64,000 nt of DNA from Felis catus. Taxonomy: Eukaryota. The translations under genes and the position numbers were made by a program. Numbering within the stretch: the stretch's first letter is position 1; every line of letters starts with the position of its first letter. The notes under the pieces were generated by a model, which saw only the letters and a program-made list of their open reading frames with translations, did not search any database and had not been told where the DNA came from. This document shows, one piece after another, positions 40,150-54,715 of the stretch. The DNA is taken from positions 171,928,001-171,992,000 of the forward strand of contig NC_058368.1 of assembly GCF_018350175.1 (NCBI RefSeq), written 5' to 3'.

Positions 40150-41470
40150 CATACAAAGTTATTTATGCTTGCTCCACAATCCTCATTAAAATGACACTAA
40201 AAGGATGAAATTAAAAAGGCAGAGACAAGGGAGTAACATCATAAAATTTGGGGAACTGAAAAGCAGGTAAATAAATGCACTGTTTTAGCATATGGCAGTG
40301 AATTAACCCCTAAGTCAGCAATAGAAAGTCATGAAGCAACTCATTTTATACTGTGGAGTTCCAAAACAGTTACCTATGGATGTGAAGATTAAAAAAAGTG
40401 ACTAAAATTTTAGTGAGAGGATGATTGAAAATGGTTAAGAAGCAGGTGGCACCTCCAGAGCCTGTCTTCAACTCTCAGTAGCTGGGTGAGTTCTTTCTAA
40501 TCCCAGCAAAAGATGAAGGACTTATTCTAGAAAGAAGAAAAGATCTTCAGATAGGGGTAAGCCCAGTGTAACTGAAATTACATGCTAAAAACTGAATTGA
40601 GTGAAAATTTACCTACTGAGTGCTGAAACCCTCACTGAATCCAGGCTTATAATACAGACAAGGTGCTAGAAGCAACTTCTTTAAGAAATGTGATTAACCC
40701 AAGAAAACAGACCTAAATGTACTGACATTGGAGGATTCCCCAATAAAACGACACAGTTGGACCACCCAAAAAAATAGCTGTAGTTGCCAGTCTTTATCCC
40801 TCATGTATAGAGCTTCACTTAACCTTTTCATAGGTAGCCCATTCCGAAGTAGGGATGGACTATGCAGAAAGAACACTTTAAAACATAAAACGAACATTAA
40901 TATTCTCAGATAAATGATAATGCATCCATAGTGCAAAGAAACCATGGTACACAAAAAGAATATTCAAAGAATTCAGGAAAGAGTTCTTAGGAATTAAAAT
41001 TGTGGTAGCAGAAATGAAAACTCAGAGTAGAAGATAAATTTTCCGGAAGATAGAACAGAAAGATATGAGATGAAAAACAGAAAAGATGAGAAAATCAGAG
41101 AATCATTCCTGGAGGGTTCAATATTCAAATAAAGAGGAGTTCCAGAAAGAGAATAGAGGAGCTAGAGGGAGCAAATGATCACAGAAGTAAATTAAAATAT
41201 CCCAGAATTGGGGGGCATAGTTTTCCAAATAAAATGGTCTCTCCAATATCTAACACCACAGATGAAAATAATCCCACAGCAGGCACATCATGGTGCCATT
41301 TCATCTCACTAGAAATAAAAAGAAAGTCTTAAAACATTCTGGAGAAAGGAAAACAACTTCACACATACAAACAAAAATATAAATGTCTTTAGATACATAA
41401 ACAGCAACACTAGAAGCTGTGACGTAGAATACCAACTTCTTAAAACTTCTGAAAGAAAATTATTTCCAGC
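40150..41470 (+). mobile_element. Old L1 5'/ORF1-region fragment
   Basis: A-rich ORF1-like decayed sequence (ggagttccagaaagagaatagag...cttctgaaagaaaattatttccagc). Confidence 0.55.
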
Positions 41471-41483
41471 TATGTTCTAATAC

Positions 41484-42200
41484 CTGTTCCCTGACATACT
41501 GGGTGTCCTATAACTCTACTCAGTTCTGAAACTACCCAGAGTGTAGACCCCATATTTAAGGGTAAAGTCATTCCCAAGACTACTACCATCACTTCAGACA
41601 CCAACTGCAAGTATCAGGCATCCCCAAGCAAACTGCACTTTGCTCACCTTCCTGTAAATTCTACCCTAAGTGGGGATGTTCCAGTACAATTCACTTCTGA
41701 CAGTAACTACCTAGAGTTAACATAACACATACAGGTTAATGGTAGAGTCCTTCACAAAAATAACCCCACTTCACATGCCAAGCTACCCATACTTCTGCCC
41801 AACTGGTTACAAAATTGGGGCTTCCCACACCTGCTTAGGTTCAGTAATTCACTGGAATGACTCAGAACTCATTGGAAATACTACACATACAATTACAGTT
41901 TTATTTTAGAGGATTCAGATCAGGAACAGCCGAATGAGGAGACTTACAGGGCAAGATGTGGGGCAAGTGAGGGATAAAGAATGCAGAGCTTCCATGCTCT
42001 CATAGAGTCTGGATACATCATTCCCCCACACATCAGTATGTTCATCAGCCAGGAGGCTCCACTGAGCTTCAGTGTCCAGAGTTTTATTGGGGTTTCATTA
42101 TGTAGACATGCTTGATTAAATAGGTGACTATATGATTGACCTCAATTTCCAGTCCCCCTCTTCCTCCTCCCTGGAGACTTGTCTGACCCAAGGTTCCAAT
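41484..42200. mobile_element. MER21-like ERVL LTR with internal duplicated unit
   Basis: actgggtgtcctataact...acttcagacaccaactgcaagt...caggaacagccgaatgaggagac...gagcttccatgc...ttcattatgtagacatgcttgattaaat resembles MER21 consensus as I recall it. Confidence 0.7.
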
Positions 42201-43739
42201 CTTCTAGTGACCTGTTTCTTTATGCCTGACTCTTAATATCATAGGAACTTTGGCTGCAGTACATCCGAATTTGAAATATATAGAAACGTGTTTGCTAAGT
42301 AGGCAGTTTAAGTACAATTAAGTCCTACTCCTAAAAGCAGTTTTAACTTGGCTGTCCTAAGCCAATGAAAACCAGATAATATATGTATAAGGAATAAGTT
42401 GTCCATTTTGCAGTGTTGACTCTTAAAGACTAGAAAAAAAAATGGTCTCTCTTCTCCTTTTTCAGTTTCACTAGTATTGTTACATGGTAGTATTCTGGTC
42501 GTTATAACCTCTTTGACTTTACGGTGTAGTTTATCTTTTTTTTTTTTTCCTTGATTAAACTTAACTCTATTTTTAAAATTATTTTTAAAGAGGCAGCCTT
42601 TTGTTTTCATTGAGCAACACTGCATTTTATATTTTCTCTTCTGACATTTTCTGCTTTGAGTTTCCACTGCCAAGTTTCTCACTTCTTTAGTTACATTTTT
42701 TTCTTCCATCTTTTTATATTCTGATTATTACTGTTTGTCTGCATCTAACAAGTTCTTTTATATTTTGAAATCAATATTCACATTTGTTTTTTTAGTTGGT
42801 TGAATTTTTTATTTGTATGAAATAGCTCTCCTTATTACATTTAATGCTCTTCACCTTAAATTTCGTTGTTTGCTATTAATATTACTACACTAGCTTTTTG
42901 TTATCATTTTCCCACTATAACATATTCCCTCCCTGTATTTCCAAAATTTCCAACTTTCTGGCTTCTGGAAAGCCCTAAAAAATTGTCATTTGTTAATTGC
43001 AATCCTTATTTTTCAGCATCAGTATAAGTTTATTGCAGGTTGGGGACTTGTTCATCTTGTTTGGAATTGTTCAAAACTTTTTATTCATATCATTGGATTT
43101 GGGTCCAACTGTCTACCATTGTGATCCAGTCTCTCTTGCTTTCTTTTGTTATGAAAAGGATTATGTCAGTCATAGCCTACAGTGGTTACATTTAGTCTAC
43201 TAGTTCAGTGAATGTACATTAAAGGAAGGTGCCATCTCACATTTAAGAAAGAACCAAAATCTTTTTTTTAATTTTGCTTTTTGAAGTTTTTTTTATTCCA
43301 TTGTCATTGTTTTGCTAATATAGATAAGTGGGAGAAGCTGGAAAATGGAGAAAACCAGGGTTTGGACACTCATAAATTAGTTCATACTCAGTGTATACAG
43401 GGAAAGAGAAGATTTCTGTCAAATAATTTCTCTACAATGAAGCATATTTCTTACAGCACTGTCTTTGTCCTACCTGCTGACAACTCTGATTTAGGGTTTA
43501 AATGCTGTACATAATTCAAGTGATGTAATTATTGCACATGATTCAAATCTCAAAAGTTACAAAAAGATATGTGAGACAGCCAGTGCTACCACTTTCTTGT
43601 ATATCTTTTCAGTTGGGTTATTTACTGACAAACAAATACGTTTGGGGAGATCAAAAAGATAGGAGCTGTGAGAATTTTAGCATGGTTGTAAAATCTCTAG
43701 ATAGCCAGTGAGAAATATTTATTAAAATCCTATGCAAAG

Positions 43740-44575
43740 TACTTTTACAACTCATTAATAGGGAGATAGCTCAATTTTAAAATGGGCAAAAGATTTGAAT
43801 AGACATTTCACCAGAAAATATACAGGAATGGCTGATAAACATGAAAATAAGCTTACCATCATTAGTCATTAGGGAAGTGCAGATCAAAACTAGAGTGATA
43901 TCCCACCTTACCCCATTAGGATGGCTATAATCATAAAGACAGTAATAAATATTGGCAAGGATGTGGATAAATACAAGCCATCATACATTGCTATTGAGAA
44001 TGTAAAATAGTATAACCACTTGAAAACAGTTTGGCAGTTACTTAAAATATTAAACATAAAGTCACCATGTGACCCAGCAATTCCACTTCTAGGTATACCC
44101 GTCCAAGAAAGTGAAAACATGTGGCCACACAAAGACTTTAACTTGAATGTATATAGCGGTATTATTCATAATAGCCTCAGAGTAGAAACAGTGCAAATGT
44201 ATATCAACTGGTGAATAAATAAACACAATGTGTATATCCTTACAATGGAGTACTGTTTGGCTGTAAAAAGGAGTAAATTGGTGATACATACTATAACATG
44301 GATCAACATCAAAAACATGCTGAGTAAAAGAAACCAGACATGTAAGCCCATATATTTCATTTATAAAAAATGTCTAGAAAAGGCAAATTTATAAAGACAG
44401 AAAGTGGATAAGCCAGAGACATGAATGGGAATGAGGATTGACTGTAAGTGAGCACAAGGAATCTTATTAGAATGGTGAGAATGTTCTAAAACTGGATTAT
44501 GGTGATGCTTGGTAAGCTTACAGAAAAATTGTTTAAAATGGGTGTATGTTGTGGTATATAAATACCTCAACAATT
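43740..44575 (+). mobile_element. Old L1 (L1MB/MC-like) 3' end
   Basis: aaatgggcaaaagatttgaatagacatttcacc...gacccagcaattccacttctaggtatac...gttctaaaactggattatggtgatg. Confidence 0.85.
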
Positions 44576-44663
44576 TTTTTTTTTAATTTTTTCAGCCCTA
44601 GGGTAGACAACATTGAGGAAGTTGTCCAGCAATGCTGGAAATGAGATCTCTAGTTAGATTGTT

Positions 44664-44877
44664 CTTTTTTTTTTTTTTTTAAGTTTGTTTATTTTTAGAG
44701 AGAGTGAGCACAAGCGGGACAAGGACAGAGGAAGAGGGAGAGAGAGAGAATCCCAAGCAGTCTCTACAATGTCATCATGGAGCCTGATGTGGGACTCAAA
44801 CCCACGAACTGAGAGACCGTGACCTAAGCCGAAACTAAGAGGGGGATGCTTAACCCCCCGAGCCATCCAGGCACCCC
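44664..44877 (-). mobile_element. Can-SINE
   Basis: Reverse head; TSD gatt(g/a)ttcttt. Confidence 0.92.
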
Positions 44878-45069
44878 AGGATTATTCTTTCATAAGAATC
44901 AGCAATAGTTTCTTTACCTTCAGTGTTAGCAGTATCTTTGGACAGTGATAAAGAGTGCAGGCAGGCCTGTAGCCTAGGATCAGTAAAAGAATAAAGGGAA
45001 GTAAATAACAAATAAGGAAAGAAGAAAAAGGAAAGAAAATAAAGATAGTAAGTGTTAAATATTAGTTTA

Positions 45070-45270
45070 GGCCCCGGAGTCAGACTTGTGATCCCCACTC
45101 TGGCTCTGCCATTTACTGAGTATGTGACCTAAAGCCAGATACTTATATTATCTGTTTCTCAGTTTCTTTATCTGTATAGTAGGGATAATAATAATACCTA
45201 TGTCACAGAGCTGGTATGAGGATTAAATGAATCAATAGATGCCAAGTGATTAGTGCATAGTAAACATTAG
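45070..45270 (+). mobile_element. MIR
   Basis: ctggctctgccatttact...ctcagtttctttatctgta...gaggattaaatga. Confidence 0.8.
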
Positions 45271-45349
45271 ACTTTTTTTTAACTTTATCATATTCATCAT
45301 CCTCACCATCATCAAATGGGCCTGGTAATCCTTCAGGACTACTGTGTTT

Positions 45350-47070
45350 CTGTGGATCTCCATTCTTCTCTTGGAAATGACTTATCTCCCTCCCTTTAAT
45401 AATTCCACCTCCTCCTTCCTACAGAAATCAGAACTGCCTGCCCTTCCTATCAGGAAGCATTCTACCTTCCTTCTTGTACTTTGGATTTTCAACTCCTGCC
45501 TTTTCAGGGACTTCTTACTCTTACTTCTTTTCTCACATTTATCTTCTTCTTCAGTGGTACCTTTGCATTGACATTTAAACATCCTCAAGTCAAGACTCAG
45601 GTCTTCATAATATAAAATGAACCTTCCTCAATTCTGCCTCTCCCTGCAGCTGTCTTCCTTCATCTGTCCCCTTCTCTCCCTCATTGTCTTTTCCCACTTC
45701 CCCACTCTAAAGGTGTTTCTAGACTCCAAGTCTGTATTTTCTTCCCACCATCCTCTCTTAAAATACACCAGTCTAGTCTCTACTCCCAAATGGATCATCA
45801 GCGACTTCTGTATTATTAATTAAATTGGTATTTTCAATCTTAATCTTGACATTTTCTACATTATTTAACACTTCCTGTTTCTTGAAATATTCTTCTCTTG
45901 GCATCTGTGACAACTGTTTTTTGGTGTTTTCCCACCTCTTTGGCTTTTATAGGCTCATGTTCTTTTATCTGGACATTAATTATAGGCATTCCTTAAATCT
46001 TCTCTTTTGTCTGTATTAGCTCTCCCTTAGACCATCTCATTAATGCTTAGACCTTCACTTACCTTCTATACACTGTTGGCTCTCAAATTCATTTTCTAGC
46101 CCTGAGTTCCAGACTCCTAAATCTGTCTGCCTACTCTGAATCTCCACTAAGATGTCTCAAAGATACTTTAAATCCAATATATCCAAAACATAATTAATGA
46201 TCTTCTCCTAAGTCCTTCTTACCATGCCTCTACCTCCTCCAAAAAATCCTCACGCCCTTACTATTACCTTCTCTGCACACGACACCATTATTATTCAGTT
46301 GTGTAAGCTAAGGAACAAAGGAATTATTCTTGACACTACATCTCTTCCTTTACTCCATATCCAATCATATCAAGTTCTTCAGATTTACCTCTCTGTCTCT
46401 ACTTCTTTTATCTTTATCACTGCTTGCCTAGTGTCAGGTACCATCATCTCACACTCACATTGATATATTAGCCTCCAAACTGGTCTCTATGTTTCCTATC
46501 TACTTAGGCCATTTAAATTTAAAATTAAAATTTTACCTTAAAAGATCAATTTATATTAACTTTTCCCATTAATAATCTAGTATTGGTTATGTGAGGGCAG
46601 GAGTGACATATGAGAATTATACTAAAATTCAACAAAGTAAGATTTATTGTTTTTACCTTTTTTGTTCTGTTCTCTGCACATGATTTTTTGATGTACTAGA
46701 ACAAACCATGCCCCCTCCTACTCTAGGTCCATCATCTTTTTATCTAAAACCTTCCTCTAACCCTGTCCCTTTTCCCAGAATTCCTGTTTATTTTTTAGGT
46801 CTCAGTTCTGACAGTACTTCCCTGAGAGGACTCTTTCCCAAACTCAGGCCTTGTGATATCCCTCTGCTATACATTTCTCACAGCACTTTGTACTCTTTAT
46901 TTCAGTGTGCTTGTCAAAGTTTTAACTTTATTGTTAGCTCTCTCATTATTTGATAGTATCCCTGATGAGACAATAAGCTTGAGCACATAGAGCAATGTCT
47001 GGTTTTGCCAGCCCTGTAGTCTCCAGCACCTAGTACAAGTAACAGAGCAGATGCTCAATAATTACTTTTG
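45350..47070. mobile_element. L2 fragments
   Basis: Pyrimidine-rich L2-like body (cctgagttccagactc...atctccactaagatgtctcaa...tagcctccaaactggtctc) and L2 3'-end motif ctccagcacctagtac...atgctcaataatt. Confidence 0.65.
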
Positions 47071-48147
47071 CATTGACATCTTTAATTATGTTAGTATAAA
47101 GTCTTTGTGTTTTTAGTGGTTTTTGATTCATTTTATCTCTCGATTGACTTCGTGTATGTCTCTACTTTTGTTGAATTTGTTGAATTTTCTAGTGTGATTT
47201 TCAGATGATACAATTCTTTTTCTGAATTATTGGGGCTTCCTCATTCTTGCCTACATATAACTAATGCTGGCTTATTGATGGAAATATTGCATGAAAAGTA
47301 ACTTTTAAGTCACATTTTAAATGGTTTAGGAAAGCTTGGTATGTAAAGAAATTTTAGTGAAAGCCATTTTGTAATTTATTTATCACTATTAAATATGCCA
47401 AGTTTCTTAAAGGGTAATTTTTATTTTAGAGTATCATTTTCCTAGAGCAAGCAAGCACATTTGTAATTGTTGCTATGAAAAATAATGGAAAAATTATTTT
47501 ACTTATTTGATTCTGCAGTGGTATTTTTACAGAGTGACTGCTGTGTACTGGATATAATCTATCCTGAAATGACTGCTTTTACTGGATATAATCTGTCATT
47601 TTCAGTTCATATAACAGATGGTGGTTACATTAAAAAAGGTTTTGGTTTTATTCATATCAGATTCTAAGAGCTTATTGATTTCATCTGACTTTTATTAGCA
47701 GAGGATATATATATATTCTGTGTTTAAATATACCTATACAGAAGGTATTTGTAAGCTTAGGTAATAGTTTAACTGTTAATATTTGCAGCTACATTGAATG
47801 CCAGAACCATGTGACCTTGTGGAAGAGACACTTATTTATTCTAGTGGGGTTATATCCCTGATAGTGATGTGAGCACAGCTGGTGGAGGATGGTGTTTCTG
47901 TGAGTCTCAGAAAATCCTTTGTCTTGTGCGGCTCTAATGCTCAAGGGACACACTTCACTTTCCTCCTGCTGAAATAGTCGACTGCCAACCATGCTGGAGG
48001 TTATGAAGTATAAAGTGCAGTTCTTTGCTTTTGTAAACCTATAAAATTGATACATTCAGAGCTTTAATACAGGACAGGAAAAAAAGCTGTGGGCTAAGAA
48101 AGCAAACACCATTTTTGCATGTAATGATATTAACTCCATATTAACAG

Positions 48148-48252
48148 AGGTCATCTCAGAGCAAGCATGAAGCCGGCTCACATGAAGCTGAGCGGCAGAA
48201 TGAAGGTCAAGGAGTGGCAGAAATCAACATGGCAACTCCTGGTAGTGGTCAG
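48148..48252 (+). CDS. APC: APC coding exon 7 (105 nt)
   Basis: taacag|AGG...CAG|gtaaag; RSSQSKHEAGSHEAERQNEGQGVAEINMATPGSGQ. Confidence 0.97.
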
Positions 48253-49502
48253 GTAAAGAAATTTATTGGTTTTCTTTTTAATTAACTATTTAAATATTTC
48301 TAAAGGAATATGGGGTGAGATAGTCCTCAGAATGATCTGTAAATCTTATTGATTTCCTTAATCCTGAATGAATATCTCCAGAAGAATTCAGTGCCAAAAT
48401 GCTATATTTATTACATCTAACAATGACGTTTCAAAATTTCTAATTTAGAGCTATATTTTATACCTCTAAATTCTGTATTTCTGTTTTAGTCTGAAATGAT
48501 TAGCATGAGTAGAGGGGTTTTTTTGAAAAATAAATGCTAAGCTGCATTTTGCTTATATATATGATTTGACCTAGTTGTTATTGCTTGCATTGAACAGATT
48601 TGCTCTTTCTCTAAGGCATTCTTTGAAAGGGATTATTTGCAAAGACATTTTTATGTTTTTAAAAATGATCATAAGGACTTTGTTATAATTCTTTTTTTCT
48701 TTTGTACTTTAACATTACATAAATCTGAAATCAAAATTTTATCATTGAAAAAAATGATACTAATGCTCATAAAAAGTAAAGAGACCTAGCTTAGTCATGT
48801 TTAACCATTATCACATCATTGCTAGCAAAATTGTGGAAGTCAACTTGATTTTTTTTGTTTAATGTAAAACGGTTATCTTGTTATCCTGCCTTTAGTTTTC
48901 TATTAGAGTTTTATTGGAATGCATCCTCATATGACAGAATTTTCCTTGGGGTGTTATGTATTCTCCACATTTTTTTCAATGAATATTTTTTTGTTGTAAA
49001 TGAGTGATTTTTTAAAAAAGAATTTCACTAAGTTTTTAAAGATAATTTCCCTACTCATGATGTAAAATACTCCTTTAGTGTCTCTGGTTGTTTTTGATGA
49101 TACTATATTTTTAAAAAAGGAATGTATTAAAATTTAAAGCTTAAAATGTCTCATAATTATGTAAATTTATTTTACTGAGTTAAAAAAAGAGATACTTCAT
49201 TTTTAGTATTACTAATTACCATTATACTGGGGGAAAACTTCAGCTATAAATGGTAAACTGGGGCAAAAGAAATTATATTTAACACATTTGAGTTATTCTT
49301 TATATTTTGGGAATTATTTGGGAAGTTTATATTTTCCTCCACATATCTAGAAAGAAGAAAATTTTTATGTTCTTGACAGAAAAAAATTGTTTGCCCCAGA
49401 TTAGACCACCTATTAATGCTTTGGATCATGTTCCAGTTATTACGTATTTTAAAGTCTCATTTATCAATAAGTTGTCTATCCCATTTAAAATCTAATAATT
49501 GA

Positions 49503-49715
49503 GGGGTGCCTGGGCGGCTCAATTGGTTAAGCATCTGACTCTTGATTTCATCTCAGGTCATGATCTCACAGTTCATGAGTTCAAGAACCGATTTGGGCTC
49601 CGTGGTGACAGCTCGGAGCCTGCCTGTGATTTTCTCTCTCCCTCTCTGCTCCTTCCCTGCTTATGAGCATGCACTCTCTTGCTCTTTCTCAACATAAATA
49701 AACTTTAAAAATAAT
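49503..49715 (+). mobile_element. Can-SINE
   Basis: ggggtgcctgggcggctc head. Confidence 0.92.
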
Positions 49716-50521
49716 AATAATTGGATCCTTACCACACTTTTTATATCAGAATTAATTCTAAGTAGATTAGATTTCATGTCAAAAATAAAAATTAAAAATA
49801 TAAAAAGATTAGAAAATATATACATATAAAGGTTAGAAAAATGTGGGTAGAATGATTATAATCATGAGGGAAATCATGAGGTGGGAAAACGGAAAAAATC
49901 AGTAGCTTTCACATAAAAACGTAAAACTCAAGTACACCATAAAATTATAGCAAGGTTACAAGACAAAAATTAAGATCTCATTATTTACATTTATTTATAA
50001 CAAGAAAAAGTTACATTTCAAAATACAAAAAGAGTATAAATTAATTAAAGATCATTAAAACATGAACAAATGACATTACATGAACAGGAACTAAAAAGAA
50101 AATGACTTTTAAACATATGGAAAGGTCATCAGTTTCATAGTAATGATATATAAATATCAACTATAGCCAAAATAAGATTTTTTTTTTTTTTTGGATACCA
50201 TTGGGTAGACAAAGATCATTAACACTCAGTATTGATAATGGTAAGTTTATAGGCATTCTCATGTGTGAAATGGAGCATTCTCATGTGTGAAATGGAACAA
50301 CCTTTCTGAAAAGCAGTTTTGTAAATAAGCATCTAAATTTCTAGCTGTACCTGCCTTGTGGGTCATCATTGCAATATCTAACATTTTATGCTATGAGGTA
50401 ATCAGTCAAGAATGTTCAGACATGTTTGAAGAGATTCATCATATTATTTGTAATAACAAAAATTAGAAATAAATGTATATTAATCAGTAGGTAACTGAGT
50501 AAATTATCATTTGACTGAGAT

Positions 50522-50740
50522 AAGTGGTTAAATGGCTCTGGAGTCAGCAGTCCCGGGATTAATCCCATTCCTCCGCTAACTAGCTGAGAGACTGATCTTG
50601 GACAAGTATAAACTCTGAGCTTCAGTGTTTCCTCTAGCAAAATAAAGATGATATTGTTGTGAGAACTAAATGCGATATGTACTTAATACAGTTCTTGGTG
50701 GATATAGACACTCATTAAACATAATAGCTTATTGTTGTTA
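50522..50740 (+). mobile_element. MIR
   Basis: ggctctggagtcag...ctctgagcttcagtgtttcctc...gttgtgagaactaaatg. Confidence 0.75.
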
Positions 50741-51466
50741 ATAACTAATAATTATGATTTTTTAAGTAAAATTATGTGCCAGATGTTATAGTAGACTCTG
50801 GAGAGATCGAATTGAAGAGGACAAACAATCCCAGGCCTCATAGAACCTATGTGGTACATGAAACATCCATACAAATGTTAGAAATGATAAATTAGATCTC
50901 TGTTTATATAGAGATCTTCTATTTCAGCCTTGCCTTTTCTAGCATATTTTTCATATTATAATCAGAGTGATCCTTCCAAAATACCTGCTTATATTGCTTA
51001 TTTATTTAAACCTTTCAGTGGCTACCCAAAGTGCCCAAAGAATAAAATCCAAATTCTTTGTTGCCTGCTTTTTCAACATTATCACTATATGCCCCCATTT
51101 CTCTACACTCCCTCAACTTCAGCTTCTTCGGGTCCTTGAGTATGTCCAGTCCTTCCACTCTCTGCCTGGAACTCTCCTCTGTTTCAGTTCACCAATATGT
51201 GTTCTACTCATCCTTCCCCTCAGTTTAAATGGCAGGCACTCTTCCAGGATATTTTCCTTGCTCCTGTCTCCCTAGAACTGATTAAGTGCTCTATCAGGTA
51301 CTCTCTATTTCTGTTCTCACTGAATTTAGCACAATTTATTATAGGTTTAATTGTCTTCCTTCTTAAAATCCTTTAAGCTGAACTATATTGCCATTGCTCA
51401 CCATTGTAACCGAACAAACTAACATAGTACTTGATAGACAGTAAATGTTCAAATGCTTACTGAGTT

Positions 51467-51663
51467 TGGGGCACCTGGATGGCACAGTTGGTTAAGCATC
51501 CAACTTTGGCTCAGGTCATGATCTCATGGTTCATGGGTTCGAGCCCCGCGTCAGGCTCTGTGCTGACAGCTTGGAGCTTGCTTCAGATTCTGTGTGTCTC
51601 TCTGTCTGCCCCTCTCCTGTTTGTGCTCTGTGTCTCAAAAATAAATAAACATTAAAAAAAATT
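51467..51663 (+). mobile_element. Can-SINE
   Basis: ggggcacctggatggc head and A tail. Confidence 0.92.
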
Positions 51664-53239
51664 AATGTTTGCCTAGTATTAATACATGCTATTAATTTAG
51701 AAAAATAATTTTAATATTTTTTCTTAAAATAAGTAATCTTCCATACTGTACCTATGTATATGTGTGTACGTGCATAGAAAAATGAAGGAATATTCAAAAT
51801 GTTACCAATGATATCTCTAGTGTTGGGATTATGTTGTTTTTACTTTCATATTTACATTTTTATGTATTGTGTGAATTTTTTGTGATGAACATGAGATCTG
51901 TTAAAAACATTGAATCGGTGGCAAGTATTCATTCTTCAAATGGTGAATTTTGATATTGCCATAGATTCTGTGGTAAATATGATAAGACATTTGTTTGGCA
52001 ATATTAGCCATAGACTCTGCCACCAAATCGGTGTTTCTGTGGCACTAATATTGCTAATGTCATCTATTTGGTTACTTTTAGTCACTGTTTAAAACACTAC
52101 TACAGCTACTCCAAATCCTGATGTAGCTGAGTGATCTATATCTGTGTGACTGTGATTCAATTAACCAAGATTCCTTTAACTATCTTAATAGGATCTATAC
52201 ACATGACAACCTCTTGGGATTTCTTTTTTTGTTTTATTATTTGCTCCAGAAATAAAAACCATTGACAATAATTGAATATGAAAATCAGATCTTTGACTCT
52301 CTCAGGATCAAAGTAGCATGATGCAGCAAAGCTCCTATCCTTGCGGACTTATCCCTATCACTGTGTGAAGTACATTGTACACCCTCTCTCACTGGTTTCT
52401 GGCCCACATCCTTTCTGCCAGAATGATCTTTACAAAGATTTAATCACCTCGTTATAAAACCCTTTATTGGCTTCCTTGGTTCTTAGAATAAGATAACCCT
52501 TTATTAGGACCTGTATAATCTAGCTCTTATCAAACTTGTCAGCTTTACGTCACACTTTGCTCTTACCACTTCAGCCACACTGGCCTGTTAGTACCTCATA
52601 TTTATTGGGCTTCCTTTTCCTGGGCATCCTGTGCACAATCTGTGCCCCTTCCATATAGTACTCTTCTCATCCCATTTTACTCCATTAACGTCAGTCCACG
52701 TGTCTTCGCGTTTAAGCATGACTTTCCCAAGAGGCTTGAACATAACAAATCCCATTGTTATAGGCCATCCTAGGACGTTCTTCTTCTTTGAAGAAGACTA
52801 CATTTGCAGTTTACATTTATTTGTGTGATTATTTTATTAGTATTGATTTCCCCCACTAGACTAAACTCCAGAAGGGCAAAGATTTTATCTAGTTTTGTCC
52901 ATTTTTCATATCCTAACAGTCCCTGGTAAATAGTAGATAACAGTAAATATATGTTAATTGGAAGGAAGATCTGGCATCCCTTCTAGAAATAGTGTTTCTT
53001 GATCTGTGATTAATCTCCCCTGGAAGTTAAATGGAAAGACGAAGTTAGAAGTAAATTATACAGGTCAGATCCCTGCTTGCTTAGTATATAACTGCATGTG
53101 TAATTCATTTGTGAATTTGTTCTTAGCTTTTCTATGTAAAGTTTAGAACCAGATCTCTAGTGAGAGCCAGTAAGTAGTGATGAAGATCAGCCAAGACTGA
53201 GAAAAAAATGAAATGATAGAACACTTTGCTGCTAATAAG

Positions 53240-54140
53240 CATTTTAAAACTTTTTACTATGCAAAACTTCAAACATATACAGAGGCAGATAGAATAATAG
53301 AGTAACCCACATGTACCCTGTCTACCTTGCCCTCCCATTTTATTTTTGAAGACGATCCGGCATCATCGTTTCTTCCATAAATATTTCACTCTGTATTTCC
53401 AAAAGATAAGAACACTTTTTAAAAATATACAACTATTTGGGCACCTGGCTGGCTCAGCCAGTAGAGCATGTAACTCTTGATCTCAGGGTCTCAACTTCAA
53501 GCTCTCACATTGGGCATAGAGCTTACTTAAAAAAAAAAAAAAAAAGCAAAATATATATATAACTATATTGCCATTATTACATTCCCAAAGGAACTAATAG
53601 TAATATATCGGATTATCCAGTCAGTATTCAAATTTGCAGTTGTTTCATAAATGTCATAATTTTTCACAATTTATTTGACTCTTTTCAGGTAAGGTTTGTG
53701 ATTGGGTTTGGTTATAGTCTTCAAAGTCTTTTAATCTATAGTTTCCTTTTTTGTCTCTTGTTTTCTGGATGTTTATTTGTTAAAGAACCAAAGCTACTTA
53801 TTTTATACAGTTTTCCAAAGTCTGGATTTTACTGATAACATCTCCATGGTATGTAGTTTGACATTTCTCTCTATCTTCTGTATTTCCAGTAAATTGGTAT
53901 TTGGATCTAGAGATAGAATTCGCCTTGGATTTTCAGTTGTTTTGTTTTGTTTTGTTTTTGCAAGTCTTTTTCAGAGTGGCATTATGGTCTTCTCATCTTT
54001 AGTCAGGAAGCACATAATGTCTGGTTGTCTCTCTTTTTGTGATATTATCAGTAACTGATACCTTATGCCTAGTTCCATTAATTCATTAGGGGTGCAAAAT
54101 TAGCTGGAATACTTCTGTAAAGAGAAACTTCATATGTACT
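53240..54140 (-). mobile_element. Old L1 (L1MC-like) 3' end, antisense
   Basis: aaaacttcaaacatatacagagg...ccagtcagtattcaaattt...agtctggattttactgataacatc motifs. Confidence 0.6.
53439..53550 (+). mobile_element. Short Can-SINE variant lacking CT tract
   Basis: gggcacctggctggctcagccagtagagcatg...gggcatagagcttacttaaaaa. Confidence 0.85.
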
Positions 54141-54611
54141 CTTTGATTACTACCACATACAATTTGTTTCTGCCTTCAAAAAGTTTACATTCTAGCTTTT
54201 CCTTTTGAAAGATTAAGAACTGCAACAGAATACTTGCCAATATTGCTATCTAGGTGGATGTTATTCTTATAATCATTATTTTTAATCATTAATGAATTGT
54301 GTTAGCTGTGGCCTCTATTTTAATAGGTCCCACATATTTATCTGCAGCCCCAGATAAATATGTCCAGAGTTGCATCCTGGTTTTCACATGTCCATTTTTC
54401 CTGGGTGTCAGTATATTGAATGGTGATCTCACTTCCCACACTGAAACCTGTTATCTCTTCCTGAGTTTTATGTATTTTTTAATACCAGCATTATCCATGC
54501 ATTTATCCAAGCTCAGTGCCTCCACGTTGTCCTTGGCTCCCAGTGTCTCTTTACTCACATCCAGTCAGTTAGCAAACCAATTGATTCTGTCCCCTACACG
54601 TGCATATCCCC

Positions 54612-54675
54612 AGGGCACTCAGTCAGTTGAGAACCTGTATCAGGTTCTATGCTGAGCATGGAGCCTGCTTAAGAT

Positions 54676-54715
<40 letters not shown>

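Noticed and set aside
47535..47594. Imperfect direct repeat tgactgct..tactggatataatct
   Set aside because: Two diverged copies; ordinary old tandem duplication with no further structure.
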